From the NCBI GenBank assembly GCA_964577935.1, contig CAZOAJ010000004.1, forward strand, positions 34,572-98,571: DNA of 64,000 nt, in the 5' to 3' direction. Source of the stretch: an uncultured bacterium (GTDB lineage: Bacteria; Chlamydiota; Chlamydiia; Chlamydiales; FEN-1388). This document shows positions 27,544 through 38,154 of this stretch, piece by piece. The stretch's first letter is position 1; the number at the start of each line of letters is the position of its first letter. Both the position numbers and the translations under genes were made by a program. Under the pieces are notes generated by a model. That model did not search any database. It worked only from the letters and a program-made list of their open reading frames with translations, and was not told the origin of the DNA.

Positions 27544-28821
27544 TTAATTTATCGTGATCAGGTCCAATACACGTTCCAGCTGCCGGCTGAAATCAAGATG
27601 CTCAACGCTCTTTCGAATTGCTACTAATTTTTCCACACGAGTATCAGATGGAGTTCCTCTAGGAACATGTTCAATAAAATCTAAAGCAGTCAGAATACAC
27701 CCTTGTAATTCATCTGGACTATCTAGATTTGAAAAAACCAATCCATTTTTAGCTCCGGATTTATCGTCAGCAGCGATGACTTCTGATCCCCCATTTTCTG
27801 ATGAGCTAATGACAAAACAACCCATAGCAAGGGCTTCAACAGTCACATTCGCAAAAGGATCATAGGTGGAAGGGATAACGCAAATATCTGATATAGCATA
27901 AAACTTCCAAACATCGGCCTGTCTTCCGTAGAAATGAACCTTTTCACAAATATTAAGATCCAGTGCCATCCGTTTGAATAGCGCATCATGTCGGTCATGA
28001 CCCACAACTAGAAGTTCAATATGATTCAATCCATTCGTTTCATGAAGAGCACTTATTGCCTGCATAAGGAGACCAAGCCCCTTGCGCTTCCACTCATGAC
28101 CGATGAATAAGATTTTACATGTGGAAACATCAAGATTCAGACTTCGACAAATTTCGGCATACTCGTGAAAGGATCTTTGGAAATAGCTTTCCCAAGATTT
28201 CCACTCAACTCCGTTATGAATAACATGGATTTTTTTAGGATCCACAGAAGGATAATAATGTTCTATTTCACGGCGAACGAGATGTGAATTCACAATTAAA
28301 TATTTTAAATCGGGCGACTCATAGGTCTCTTTTTCACATCGCAAAATATATCGATGTAGTGGGTTGAATGAGAAAGAGATCCTCTTCCAAATTGAATCGG
28401 TCCCCTTTCGACGCTCTAAATAGGCTTTATGACAACCATTTCCGGCTCTATAATACTTTTGCGGACATCTATTTCTAAAGAAACCAAAAACGACGTCTGG
28501 ACGTTTTTTCCTCATGTAACGACTACACGCCCAATTAAAGAGAATGAGCTGCAGGAGGCTACTTGAATATTTAGAACATATTCTATGCACAGAAATAGGA
28601 GATACTACAGACTGTGATCCTGAATCTTTTCCACTTGAAGGGGTATTTAAATGGTCATTAACTCCATTAACACTTCGATATTTGAGTCCATCTGACATTT
28701 TTCCAAACCCAAGTATCTGAACCTCATCCCCCCGTAAAGCTAAAGCTTCCGCTATCTTTACACAGTACTTTTCCAAGCCCCCATGCCCTGATAGAGAGCC
28801 TTTAAGAAGCGCAATTTTCAC
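27544..28821 (-). CDS. Glycosyltransferase family 4 (GT-B, group 1)
   Basis: MKIALLKGSLSGHGGLEKY N-terminus and C-terminal PSTYDPFANVTVEALAMG (EX7E-type region). Confidence 0.75.
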   Translation of the reverse strand: MKIALLKGSLSGHGGLEKYCVKIAEALALRGDEVQILGFGKMSDGLKYRSVNGVNDHLNTPSSGKDSGSQSVVSPISVHRICSKYSSSLLQLILFNWACSRYMRKKRPDVVFGFFRNRCPQKYYRAGNGCHKAYLERRKGTDSIWKRISFSFNPLHRYILRCEKETYESPDLKYLIVNSHLVRREIEHYYPSVDPKKIHVIHNGVEWKSWESYFQRSFHEYAEICRSLNLDVSTCKILFIGHEWKRKGLGLLMQAISALHETNGLNHIELLVVGHDRHDALFKRMALDLNICEKVHFYGRQADVWKFYAISDICVIPSTYDPFANVTVEALAMGCFVISSSENGGSEVIAADDKSGAKNGLVFSNLDSPDELQGCILTALDFIEHVPRGTPSDTRVEKLVAIRKSVEHLDFSRQLERVLDLITIN

Positions 28822-28887
28822 ATCTGATCCCGTAATTATTTTATTTCAAGCAGCGAGCATAAAGGATGTCCGAAATAGTTTTTGATA

Positions 28888-30180
28888 TCAGCCTTCTTGC
28901 TGAATAACGATTTTACCATCAAGAATCACAGGGTAAATAACAAAGGGATGTCCCTTGCTTAAGTGGAGACTAAACCGTTGCATATATTCTCTAAATCGAG
29001 ATCTAAAGTACTTTTCCCGTTGATCTTGGTGCTGCTTAAAGAGTTGCGAGTTATTTGCTCCAAACTCATGATCACGAAGAGCTTTAAGAAGCTGCTGAAC
29101 ATACGTTTCTTCGAGCTGATGCGGATCAATAAACTGAACTTCCCATCTTGGCAAACCTTCGCCTATATTTTCCGGTGGAATAATAACAATCTCAAGCCGA
29201 TCACGAACAACATCTAGGAAGAGCCGACTTACATCTGTTGCAAAAAAAGGTCCAGAGCAGACAGGAATATTATCATCGAATGATAAAAAGTCACTCTTAC
29301 CCAAAGGCAGTGTTTTTGGATTAATCTTTTCAATTGTTGGTAGAGGATAAAACACACGGACAGGAATTCTACGGTCAAGAGGAAGCATTTCATTTCTTAG
29401 AAAGTCTACCCTCAAGTAACGAGCCTCAGGCCCATTAATTTCCTGCTTTAAATTATTAAGAAACGGGATCGAAATCTTTTTAGAGGAATCAGGAACGTAG
29501 TAACTCACCTCGTCAGCACCTGAGCCTTCTGCAGAGCGCAAGGCATCAAGTTCATTTTTGGTGATATCCGATAAATCAAGCGTAAGCTCAAGACCTTGCT
29601 CTTGCAAGTAGCGAACATCCTCTTCAGGCCCTGAAATGATATGAGTCAGCTTTTGAGGCCAAATATCCAAAAATTGATATCCTTCGGGAGGTTCGCCTCG
29701 TGGAGGTAAAACAAGTATAGGGATTTTTTCGGTTATCAAAGTACTTAATTGAATAACGAATTCACTATGAGAAAGCTGAGAGATATTTCTCATCAAGTCT
29801 ATATCTGGATTTAGCGAAACCAAATTCTTCTTGCCGACCTGCACAATCCACTCATCGCCTTTATCCGAAGCGTCGATAACAATCTCAAAATCTTGTGGCT
29901 CGAGATGATCAACAACATCTTTTGTCCCGGTCAGCGTGAGCGTTAACTTTCGTTCAAGTATATTATTCGGCATTAAACCCCGAATCGTTTTGTCTGCCGG
30001 GAGATTAACGATTCTGATAGGGACCCGAGTAAAAACACGCGATGAAGTAATCGACTTGTTCACGACTGCCCATATTATGATAGCAGCAAGAACAGAAAAG
30101 ATCTTTCGTTGAAAATTACCCGTGATTGCGTTTTTTAATCCCATATTGACCTTTATCCATCCCTCCAAGACCGAAACCAA
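28888..30180 (-). CDS. YbbR-domain protein (CdaR-like partner of the diadenylate cyclase)
   Basis: N-terminal TM, then a repeated beta-rich region. Immediately downstream of, and overlapping, dacA. An internal start at 30144 (MGLKN) is possible. Confidence 0.65.
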   Translation of the reverse strand: MVSVLEGWIKVNMGLKNAITGNFQRKIFSVLAAIIIWAVVNKSITSSRVFTRVPIRIVNLPADKTIRGLMPNNILERKLTLTLTGTKDVVDHLEPQDFEIVIDASDKGDEWIVQVGKKNLVSLNPDIDLMRNISQLSHSEFVIQLSTLITEKIPILVLPPRGEPPEGYQFLDIWPQKLTHIISGPEEDVRYLQEQGLELTLDLSDITKNELDALRSAEGSGADEVSYYVPDSSKKISIPFLNNLKQEINGPEARYLRVDFLRNEMLPLDRRIPVRVFYPLPTIEKINPKTLPLGKSDFLSFDDNIPVCSGPFFATDVSRLFLDVVRDRLEIVIIPPENIGEGLPRWEVQFIDPHQLEETYVQQLLKALRDHEFGANNSQLFKQHQDQREKYFRSRFREYMQRFSLHLSKGHPFVIYPVILDGKIVIQQEG

Positions 30181-30971
30181 TCTTGAAGAGCAGATCGAAC
30201 TCCACTCTCACTTTGGGGAGCAGTAAAAATGCTTCGTATTATTCCCTTGAATCTATCAGCTTTAATTCCTCGCGTCATAATACCATCACGAGCAATCGAA
30301 ACCTTGCCAGACTCCTCAGACACCACGATACTTAGGGCATCTGAATGCTGAGTGATCCCTAATGCCGCTCTATGCCGTGTTCCCATTGAACGAGTAATCT
30401 GTCCTGTATCATCTGCAAGTGGTAAAATGGCTGCAGCTGCAACAATTGTTATACCTCGAATGATAACAGCTCCATCATGCAAAGGAGAAGTCTGAGCAAA
30501 AATCGACTCAATGAGTTCACTTGTAAATTGAGCGTGAAGAGGAACTGCTTTATTAGCATATTCATCAAGCGAGTCTTGATTTTCAATGAGCACCAAAGCT
30601 CCGATTCGCCTTTCAGACATTCGGTAGATAGAGTTTGAAAGAGAATCCAAAAAACGATCAAACTCACTTAACTTCTCATACTTCTTTCCCTTCACAGAAA
30701 GCTTAGATAGCGCTAACCGAATTTCAGGCTGAAAAATAATCAATATCGCAATTACAGCAACATTAACGAAATTTCTCATAATGCTTTCAAGAACAGGAAA
30801 ATGAAGCCAGTTAGCTAACATGAAAAGAGACAAAAACACGATAATGCCAAGGATCAAGTCCATAGCTCGAGTATTATAGAAAAAGGATAAAAGGTAGTAG
30901 ATTACTAAGGTAATTAGCAAAACTTCGAGCGCAGGAATAAGATATTGACCGATCGCTAAGAGAAGTTGCAT
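30153..30971 (-). CDS. dacA: Membrane-anchored diadenylate cyclase (c-di-AMP synthase, DisA_N domain)
   Basis: Three N-terminal TMs, then the DAC motifs HDGAVII, GTRHRAALG and VVSEESGKVS. Confidence 0.9.
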   Translation of the reverse strand: MQLLLAIGQYLIPALEVLLITLVIYYLLSFFYNTRAMDLILGIIVFLSLFMLANWLHFPVLESIMRNFVNVAVIAILIIFQPEIRLALSKLSVKGKKYEKLSEFDRFLDSLSNSIYRMSERRIGALVLIENQDSLDEYANKAVPLHAQFTSELIESIFAQTSPLHDGAVIIRGITIVAAAAILPLADDTGQITRSMGTRHRAALGITQHSDALSIVVSEESGKVSIARDGIMTRGIKADRFKGIIRSIFTAPQSESGVRSALQDWFRSWRDG

Positions 30972-31025
30972 GTACTATAGAAAACACCTCACTTTAGGAG
31001 ATACACCCTACGTATTTTCGATTAA

Positions 31026-32147
31026 CTAATCAAGTGAAAGTGGCACAGTAAATGGAAGTTTTTTTGCTATAATCATTCGATAGTATTGCAGACTGCTACT
31101 AAATATAGGATGCTTTGGGTTTGGCGCCGCAGGCGTTAAGTAATTAGGAATTAAATCCTCAAAAAGGACATCAACAATTTCTGAAAACCGATCAACGCCG
31201 TGCTCTTTTATTTTTGAATTAGACAACAAGACTTTTTTCTTCTCATTACTAATATTGACCCCATTTTCCTTGGATACATCATCCAAGATACTTCTAAAAA
31301 GAAATTCTCGCGCATTATAACAAGGAGACTTCGAATTTACTTTAGACAAATCCGATTTGTTAAAAAGATTAAACAAATCACAAGACTTTTGATATTGACA
31401 AATCTTACCCAAAATATTGGCCTCACATGGAGATAAGGAGGGATGTGAAATAAAAGAAATAAAAGCAGAAAATGCATCTCGATCGGCAATAATCGCTTTA
31501 TATTCGGTCCCTAACAGGCACGACTCCAAAAGCTTAGGGTCATCCTTTGCCGTATCATTCAAAACGAGACATACTGCCTGATACGCAATTTCCTCAATTC
31601 CAACTGCAGCCGTTAAATTTTTATTATCTAAAAACTCCTTTAAAACAAGAAAAGCAGCACAATGCTCATCATGACTAAACTCTTTTAGAGCGATTGCAAA
31701 AAAATTTTTTTGCTCTGAAACATTTGGCCTAACTTTATCAAAAATTTTCTTTGTTATTTTAGGCACAATATCAGTGTAATTTATAGCCACGGCTGAAGCA
31801 TTCAGCTCATTCGATGCTAAAGATTGGATAAAATTGATGTAGGGTTTAATACCCTCATTTCCCAATAAGGCGTTTACCTTTTTTACTTTTATCAAGCCTC
31901 CACGTGGGCTATTCGGCAATTTTTCATCGCCAGGGACAGACAGCTGTATTTTACCGATAAGGCTTGAAAGATCGTTTATTTGATTTTTTTCTTGTTGTTG
32001 CTCATGCACTTGCTCATATACTTGCTGGCACACCAAGGACTCCTTGGAGAGCTGTGGTGAGCTCTGATCTTGAGCATCTTCCAAGCAAGTCAAGACTTGC
32101 TGCAGCGAAGTGGAATATTCTGGGCGATTATCGATTGGAGATGACAT
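31026..32147 (-). CDS. Hypothetical protein (no signal peptide; Gln/Glu-rich N-terminus)
   Basis: 373-aa ORF with no recognisable motif. Confidence 0.55.
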   Translation of the reverse strand: MSSPIDNRPEYSTSLQQVLTCLEDAQDQSSPQLSKESLVCQQVYEQVHEQQQEKNQINDLSSLIGKIQLSVPGDEKLPNSPRGGLIKVKKVNALLGNEGIKPYINFIQSLASNELNASAVAINYTDIVPKITKKIFDKVRPNVSEQKNFFAIALKEFSHDEHCAAFLVLKEFLDNKNLTAAVGIEEIAYQAVCLVLNDTAKDDPKLLESCLLGTEYKAIIADRDAFSAFISFISHPSLSPCEANILGKICQYQKSCDLFNLFNKSDLSKVNSKSPCYNAREFLFRSILDDVSKENGVNISNEKKKVLLSNSKIKEHGVDRFSEIVDVLFEDLIPNYLTPAAPNPKHPIFSSSLQYYRMIIAKKLPFTVPLSLD

Positions 32148-32153
32148 ATGAAC

Positions 32154-32975
32154 TTACATTGAGTTTAAAGTAATAGCGTATGATATACGATTACTCATTT
32201 CTTGCAGAACCTTTCTTGCTTGAACATGAGCTAGAACATCATGAACACGTATAATGTCCACCCGCTTCATAATCAGAAAGGAATCAAGTGCTAAGGTTGG
32301 AGGAAGAGATTGATCAACAGTCGTATTGGATAAACCGCGAATAAACGTTTTTCTTGAAATACCATAAAGAAGAGGGAATCCTAAGGCCTGTAATTGCTCT
32401 ACGTGAACTATGAGATCAAGATTATCTTCAAGCTTTTTACCGAAACCAATCCCTGGGTCTAAAATGATCGCATCTGCATTCATTCCTTCATCAAGAAGAA
32501 GATTAATCTGTTGTTGTAAAAATGAAATAACACCTTTAACTACCCCTTCTGGGTAAACTGGGCTTACTTGCATGGATTTTGGTAGCCCTTGCATATGCAT
32601 TACTACAATACGACACCCTGCAGACCGAGCAAGCCGCCTCATAAAGGGATCTACAAAACCCGTGATGTCATTTATAATTGAGGCTCCATAATCAACAGCC
32701 TTTGCAGCAACCTCAACATGCCTTGTATCTATTGATATAGGAATCGAAATCAACCCACTTAATGCTTTTAGAACCGGAACAACCCTTTGAATCTCTTCTT
32801 CAACAGAAATGGGATCAGCACCTGGCCTCGTCGACTCCCCTCCTATATCAAGGATATCGGCACCTTCAGCCTGAATTTGCAAAGCTCTCGCTACCGCTTC
32901 CTGAACATTCAAGCACCGTGATCCTGGATAAAATGAATCTGAAGTTAGATTTAAAATTCCCATGATCTTGGTCAT
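32154..32975 (-). CDS. folP: Dihydropteroate synthase
   Basis: MTKIMGILNLTSDSFY, ILDIGGESTRPG, INDITG, LDPGIGFGK. I prefer the ATG at 32975 to the tracked start at 33026, which overlaps the upstream gene. Confidence 0.85.
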   Translation of the reverse strand: MTKIMGILNLTSDSFYPGSRCLNVQEAVARALQIQAEGADILDIGGESTRPGADPISVEEEIQRVVPVLKALSGLISIPISIDTRHVEVAAKAVDYGASIINDITGFVDPFMRRLARSAGCRIVVMHMQGLPKSMQVSPVYPEGVVKGVISFLQQQINLLLDEGMNADAIILDPGIGFGKKLEDNLDLIVHVEQLQALGFPLLYGISRKTFIRGLSNTTVDQSLPPTLALDSFLIMKRVDIIRVHDVLAHVQARKVLQEMSNRISYAITLNSM

Positions 32976-33003
32976 ATGAGCCTTATAGAAAAAATTATTC
33001 GTC

Positions 33004-33591
33004 TTATCTTTTGGAGGGGAACCCAACCACGGCTTCGTAGCACTTCAAGAGGTGATCTACCCCATTCATGGCCCTATGTGGTTTTTGTTCAGTAGGCAAC
33101 CCAAGACGTTTTGCAATCTGATCTTTAGAAAGAACAAACCCTTTCTTGAGCTCTTCTTCAGAAATCCATTCGCGAACAGAGCGAACCCAGTACATGGAAG
33201 CTAAATCAAGCCAATGATAAGGCCATTGCCTTTTTTCTTGTTCATATGTCTCAACAATAAGCGAAAAAAAAGCACGATCGAAAGAAGGGTTTTGGCAAAT
33301 AAAAACTGAAGTCCCTCGTACAATTCGCAGAGAGGTAAAAAAATCAATAATTTCGCTAGAGACTTTCTTGATATCTTTTGCATTCAGTAGTTCGTCTCGT
33401 GAAAATCCATTTATCGCTATAGCTCCTGGATCTCTTTGAAGCCAATTTTCATCACTAATTGCAATATTCGATTGATATTGCCCTTTTTCCTCGCCTTGAG
33501 ATAAATCAACAATTTTTATCGCGATTTCAATCGGATAATGAGATCGAAAGTCAAGCCCCGTCGTCTCCGTGTCAAGAAATATACCAAGCAT
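33004..33591 (-). CDS. DEDDh 3'-5' exonuclease (DnaQ/RNase T-like)
   Basis: ExoI FLDTETTGL, ExoII NPSFDRAF, ExoIII HRAMNGVDH. Confidence 0.8.
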   Translation of the reverse strand: MLGIFLDTETTGLDFRSHYPIEIAIKIVDLSQGEEKGQYQSNIAISDENWLQRDPGAIAINGFSRDELLNAKDIKKVSSEIIDFFTSLRIVRGTSVFICQNPSFDRAFFSLIVETYEQEKRQWPYHWLDLASMYWVRSVREWISEEELKKGFVLSKDQIAKRLGLPTEQKPHRAMNGVDHLLKCYEAVVGFPSKR

Positions 33592-33847
33592 ATAAACTCC
33601 AAGATCTCATTAAAGCACAAAAGATTAGTACGTTATACAGTTCACTGCAAGAAATTGCTTTAAAATCGTATCGTAAAATCTAAAAAATCAAACAATTGTA
33701 CAATTAATACTAGATCTATAGAAAATCTGCTGAACTGACTGCTCGGGGGAAGATAAAAACAAAATATCAGAGAGATATCTGTAAACGACCGTTTGAATTA
33801 TTTTTGCTAATCCTCTACAATCATCGAACATATTTTTTTAAAACTAA

Positions 33848-34291
33848 ATGCTCACAACTGCGCAGATTCGAAGTCAGATTTATTCTACTCTGAAAGTACA
33901 CGCAAGCCAAATATACAACGCAATCACCCATATGAAAGTTCGGATGCGCTATCCTTATGCGCTTCCCTCTGACATTGGAACAAGCCTTGGACAATCCATA
34001 GACGATTCCATCACATTTCCTCTTCTTCTCAAAATACTTTCTAATCTCCAAGAGCCCCGATCTCTTGCTCGGTTTATGAATCGTGATAGAGCTGAAAAAA
34101 GCTTCATCTTGGCGACTCGGTGTGAACGATTTACAACATCAACACTCTATTCCTTTCGCTTCAACGAAGGATGGATTGAATTCGAGCTTCATTTTGACGA
34201 AGAAGATAAACTACGTCGACTCTTCATTCTTCATAAAGAAATTGTCTCTTGCGATCGCATCGAAATCCCCCTCTCCAAAGAAGAGGATTAA
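33848..34291 (+). CDS. Hypothetical small acidic protein
   Basis: 147-aa ORF in a 716-bp gap. No motif recognised. Partly overlapped by a shorter antisense ORF. Confidence 0.4.
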   Translation: MLTTAQIRSQIYSTLKVHASQIYNAITHMKVRMRYPYALPSDIGTSLGQSIDDSITFPLLLKILSNLQEPRSLARFMNRDRAEKSFILATRCERFTTSTLYSFRFNEGWIEFELHFDEEDKLRRLFILHKEIVSCDRIEIPLSKEED

Positions 34292-34308
34292 TCGTGTGAT
34301 ATATCCGG

Positions 34309-36561
34309 TTATATCGAAAGCAAATTGAGCGCAGAGCCACTCTTAAACCACTCTATCTGTAAAGCATTATAGGAATGCTTTAATTCAAAACGATCTTTCG
34401 TCCCATCACTGTGTACAACATCGATATAGAGCGGCTTTCCCGGTGCAAAATTCTTTAAATCGCGAATTGACACTCGATCATCTTCTCGAAATCGGTCATA
34501 ATCTTCTTTATTCGCGAATGTCAGCGCAAGCATACCTTGTTTTTTTAGATTTGTTTCATGGATACGAGCAAAGCTTTTTACAATGATCGCCTTTCCACCT
34601 AAATACCTTGGTTCCATAGCAGCATGCTCCCTAGATGAGCCTTCTCCATAGTTCTCATCTCCTAAAGCAATCCAGCCGATGCCCTGGTTCTTATACCATC
34701 TCGCTGATTGAGCAAAAGTAAGCATTTCTCCAGAGAGAATATTAATCCCACGTCCGACCTCGTCACGAAAGGCGTTTACAGCACCAATAAACAAGTTGTC
34801 TGAAATCTTATCTAGATGACCTCGATATTTAAGCCATTTCCCCGCAGGCGATATGTGATCTGTTGTACATTTACCTTGCGCCTTCACCAAGATGTACATA
34901 TCTTCAAAATCTTTCCCATTCCAGGGCTCAAAAGCCTTTAATTCCTGAAGCCGTTCACTCTTTGTATCAATTTTTACATGCACATGAGAACTTTCTTCTG
35001 CAGGGGAAATATACCCAAATGCCCCTTGCTCAAACCCTTGATGAGGCAATTCATCTCCGGCAGGAGCTTTAAGGTAAACCTCCTTACCATCTTTGGTAAT
35101 AAGAGGGTCTGTAAGAGGGTTAAAGCTGAGTTTTCCTGCAAGCGAAAGAGCGACAACAACTTCAGGACTTGTTACAAATGAATGAGTTCCAGGATTCGCA
35201 TCATTTCGTCCTGAGAAATTACGATTATACGAAGTCACTATCGTATTTTTTTCGCCATAAGAGACATCGGAGCGTTTCCATTGACCAATGCATGGACCAC
35301 AAGCGTTGGCTAATACAATACCTCCTATCGCTTCAAGCGCTTCAAGCTGTCCATCTCGCGCAATTGTCTGATGAATTTGCTCAGATCCAGGAGTTATTGT
35401 AAGGGGACATTTTGCTTTGAGGCCATGTTTAATCGCCTGTCGGGCAATAGATGCCGCACGTTCAATATCTTCATAGCTCGAATTCGTACAAGAACCAATA
35501 AGGGCAACTTTGATCGTGTCAGGATAGCTATTTTCTCGAGCTGCATTTTTAAGCTCTGAAAGCTTCCACATTTTGTCTGGAGAATAAGGCCCGTTGATAT
35601 GAGGCTCTAGCTCATCAAGATCTATCTCAATTACTTTGTCGTAAAATCGATCAGGATCTTCTTCAACTTCCTGATCGGGAATGAGTTCTGAACAAATTTT
35701 ATACGCTTCAAGAGCAACATCTTTCCGTCCTGTAGCCTCAAGGTATACCTTCATTTTTTCGTCAAATGGGAATATGGAGGTCGTAGCTCCAATCTCAGCT
35801 CCCATATTGCAAATGGTTCCCTTGCCTGTACATGAAATACTTCTTGCCCCTGGACCAAAATATTCTATGATGGCATCGGTTCCCCCTTTGACGGTCAACA
35901 TCCCGGAAACTCTCAAGATAACGTCCTTAGGAGATGTCCATCCATGCAACGAACCTTTCAGATGGACACCTATAATTTTTGGAACTTTCAATTCCCAAGG
36001 AACCCCTGCCATTACATCGACTGCATCTGCACCCCCTACACCAATAGCAATCATTCCAAGACCACCTGCATTAGGGGTATGCGAGTCCGTTCCAACCATC
36101 ATACCCCCCGGAAAAGCATAATTCTCAAGGACCACTTGATGAATGATTCCAGCTCCAGGCTCCCAAAAACCAATACCGTATTTATACGAAACCTGGCGTA
36201 GAAAATCATACACCTCATGACTTTCGCTTAAGGAACGATCCAAATCTCCAACTGCCCCAACCTCAGCTTGGATAAGATGGTCACAATGAACAGTGGATGG
36301 CACTACGACTCGATTTCTCCCCGACACCATTAACTGCAATAGCGCCATCTGAGCTGTAGCATCCTGCATAGCAACTCGATCAGGTCGATATTCAGCGTAA
36401 CTTTTACCTCTCAAGATAGCTGCAGGAGATGGCGTGGTAAGGTGTGCAAATAAAATTTTCTCGCTGAGTGTCAACGGGCGACCAATTTTAGATCGAGCAT
36501 CATCAACTTTTTGCTTAAAACTTGAATAAACATTTTTTATGAGCTCCAAATCAAAAAGCAT
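34309..36561 (-). CDS. acn: Aconitate hydratase, short (mitochondrial-type, about 750 aa) form
   Basis: [15 protein letters not shown]-terminus. The Fe-S cysteines are in the contexts IGSCTNSS and [11 protein letters not shown]. Its length is that of the mitochondrial type, not AcnA (about 890 aa) or AcnB (about 865 aa). Confidence 0.95.
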   Translation of the reverse strand: MLFDLELIKNVYSSFKQKVDDARSKIGRPLTLSEKILFAHLTTPSPAAILRGKSYAEYRPDRVAMQDATAQMALLQLMVSGRNRVVVPSTVHCDHLIQAEVGAVGDLDRSLSESHEVYDFLRQVSYKYGIGFWEPGAGIIHQVVLENYAFPGGMMVGTDSHTPNAGGLGMIAIGVGGADAVDVMAGVPWELKVPKIIGVHLKGSLHGWTSPKDVILRVSGMLTVKGGTDAIIEYFGPGARSISCTGKGTICNMGAEIGATTSIFPFDEKMKVYLEATGRKDVALEAYKICSELIPDQEVEEDPDRFYDKVIEIDLDELEPHINGPYSPDKMWKLSELKNAARENSYPDTIKVALIGSCTNSSYEDIERAASIARQAIKHGLKAKCPLTITPGSEQIHQTIARDGQLEALEAIGGIVLANACGPCIGQWKRSDVSYGEKNTIVTSYNRNFSGRNDANPGTHSFVTSPEVVVALSLAGKLSFNPLTDPLITKDGKEVYLKAPAGDELPHQGFEQGAFGYISPAEESSHVHVKIDTKSERLQELKAFEPWNGKDFEDMYILVKAQGKCTTDHISPAGKWLKYRGHLDKISDNLFIGAVNAFRDEVGRGINILSGEMLTFAQSARWYKNQGIGWIALGDENYGEGSSREHAAMEPRYLGGKAIIVKSFARIHETNLKKQGMLALTFANKEDYDRFREDDRVSIRDLKNFAPGKPLYIDVVHSDGTKDRFELKHSYNALQIEWFKSGSALNLLSI

Positions 36562-36672
36562 ATAACACCAATAAATTATTTACTGATTTGCTATATACCC
36601 GATGAATGGGTCAAGTCAACAGAACTTTAATGGAAGAGCTATAAGGAAATAAGGAAACAGAGATAAAAAAAA

Positions 36673-37046
36673 GGGAAAGCTATAAGCCGGATTCTGTGCA
36701 CTATAGCAAAAGCTACAGCCGACGATCATTTCTCTAAAGGACAGGGATCGCTCCCAGTCTCATGCACGTATTTTCTTTAAAAGGTATGTGAGGAGCCCAC
36801 GCCTTTTAAATTTCGCTTGCATCGGGTAGGGTTTGTCGCGAGATACTGTCTCCAGTCCTCGGGAAAATTACTTCTCCGTTTCACCCTTAAAGAAGAGAGT
36901 GCTTAAAAGCACTCATCCTCTTCAGGTCTACTTTCTGTTACACTTTCCGTAGCTTTACAGCCCCCAGTCTTTCACTGGTACCCGCTCCTTCGATGTCCAG
37001 ACTTTCCTCTCCAAATCTATAATTCAGAGCGATCGTCCGCTTTCCC
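36673..37046 (-). ncRNA. rnpB: RNase P RNA (bacterial type A-like)
   Basis: The minus strand carries GGAGAGGAAAGTCTGGAC (36995-37012; universal GAGGAAAGUCCGG P4 strand) and GCACAGAATCCGGCTTAT (36682-36699; ACAGAAxCCGGCUUA). P1 pairs GGGAAAGC (5') with GCTTTCCC (3'), followed by T8. The ends are approximate. Confidence 0.85.
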
Positions 37047-37091
37047 TTAAAAGTGGCCACTTGAGCTCTGTAAAGAACTCAAGTTAGACAT

Positions 37092-37865
37092 TTAGACTTT
37101 TGCTGACGTTTTACGCTTTTTGCGTACTACGCCTTCTTCTTCTAAAGACTCATTTAGGCTATCGAGCCAGTAGTGAATTCGTGAGCAATGCTCACAAAAA
37201 ACAATCTTCTCACCTTTTCTCACCAAATTCTCGTGTTGTGCAGTCACAAGGATATGGCAACCACTGCAACAACGATTTTCGATTGGAACAACCACTCGAT
37301 CGCGCTTGTTTTTCAAAAGCTTTTCATAAATCTTTAAAAGCTCTGGATCAGCGTCAGAGAGAAGCTCTTCTCTTTTTGCAAAGAGAGATGATCCTTCACC
37401 ATTGATCGCTTCAACGCTTTCTTTGATCTCTTTTTCGAGTTGCTCGGTGTTGTTTTTGGAGGAATCGTAGGTCACCTTGAGATTCTTTAAGAGATCTTCT
37501 TCGAGAGCAAGCTTATCATATTGATCACTCAATCTCTGTTCCTTAGCCGCTTTTTCACGTTCTAATCCAGAAATCTCATGCGTCAAAGCGTTAAACTCTT
37601 CGACTTTTTTGACAGAAGATTGCTGCCCTTCAAGCTTTTGAACTTTTGCCTGAAGATCTGCCAAATCACCTTCACTTAAACGAATTTGCTTTTTGAGCTC
37701 AATGATCTCGCTTTCTTTGAAGATCACTTGATGATGGAGGTCATCACGCAACAGCCTTATTCGTTCAAGCTCTTGTGTTCTTTCTCGTTTGATCCTCATT
37801 AAGTGGATCATTTGGATATCGAGCTCTTGAATACCAAGAATCTTTTTTAGAGCGTCTCGAAGCAT
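37092..37865 (-). CDS. Coiled-coil protein with C-terminal C4 zinc ribbon (COG1579-like)
   Basis: Long heptad-rich region, then CCSGCH...FCEHCSRI. Confidence 0.7.
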   Translation of the reverse strand: MLRDALKKILGIQELDIQMIHLMRIKRERTQELERIRLLRDDLHHQVIFKESEIIELKKQIRLSEGDLADLQAKVQKLEGQQSSVKKVEEFNALTHEISGLEREKAAKEQRLSDQYDKLALEEDLLKNLKVTYDSSKNNTEQLEKEIKESVEAINGEGSSLFAKREELLSDADPELLKIYEKLLKNKRDRVVVPIENRCCSGCHILVTAQHENLVRKGEKIVFCEHCSRIHYWLDSLNESLEEEGVVRKKRKTSAKV

Positions 37866-38154
37866 TGAAGCACCGCCTCAAGGAATTTAGGTTAAATAAA
37901 TACCGCTTACTCGTAAGACAAGAAAACATCAATTTAAAAAGAGTTCTCTCATCTGAGCAAAAATTGTATGTAACTCTATCAAATGTTGGACAATGTGTAC
38001 AACGAAGATTTATTCCTCGTTTCCTCCCATTAAGCCGAAACACGGACACTCAATCACCTGCGTTGCTCTATGATAATAGATAAGAATTTTCGCAAATATG
38101 AAATTGAAAAGAAGACGAACAAAACTATATAAAAGAAATTTCAAATGAAGGCTC

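Noticed and set aside
35681-36201. Plus-strand ORFs of 146 and 85 aa inside the aconitase gene
   Set aside because: They are antisense to a highly conserved CDS and have no motifs.
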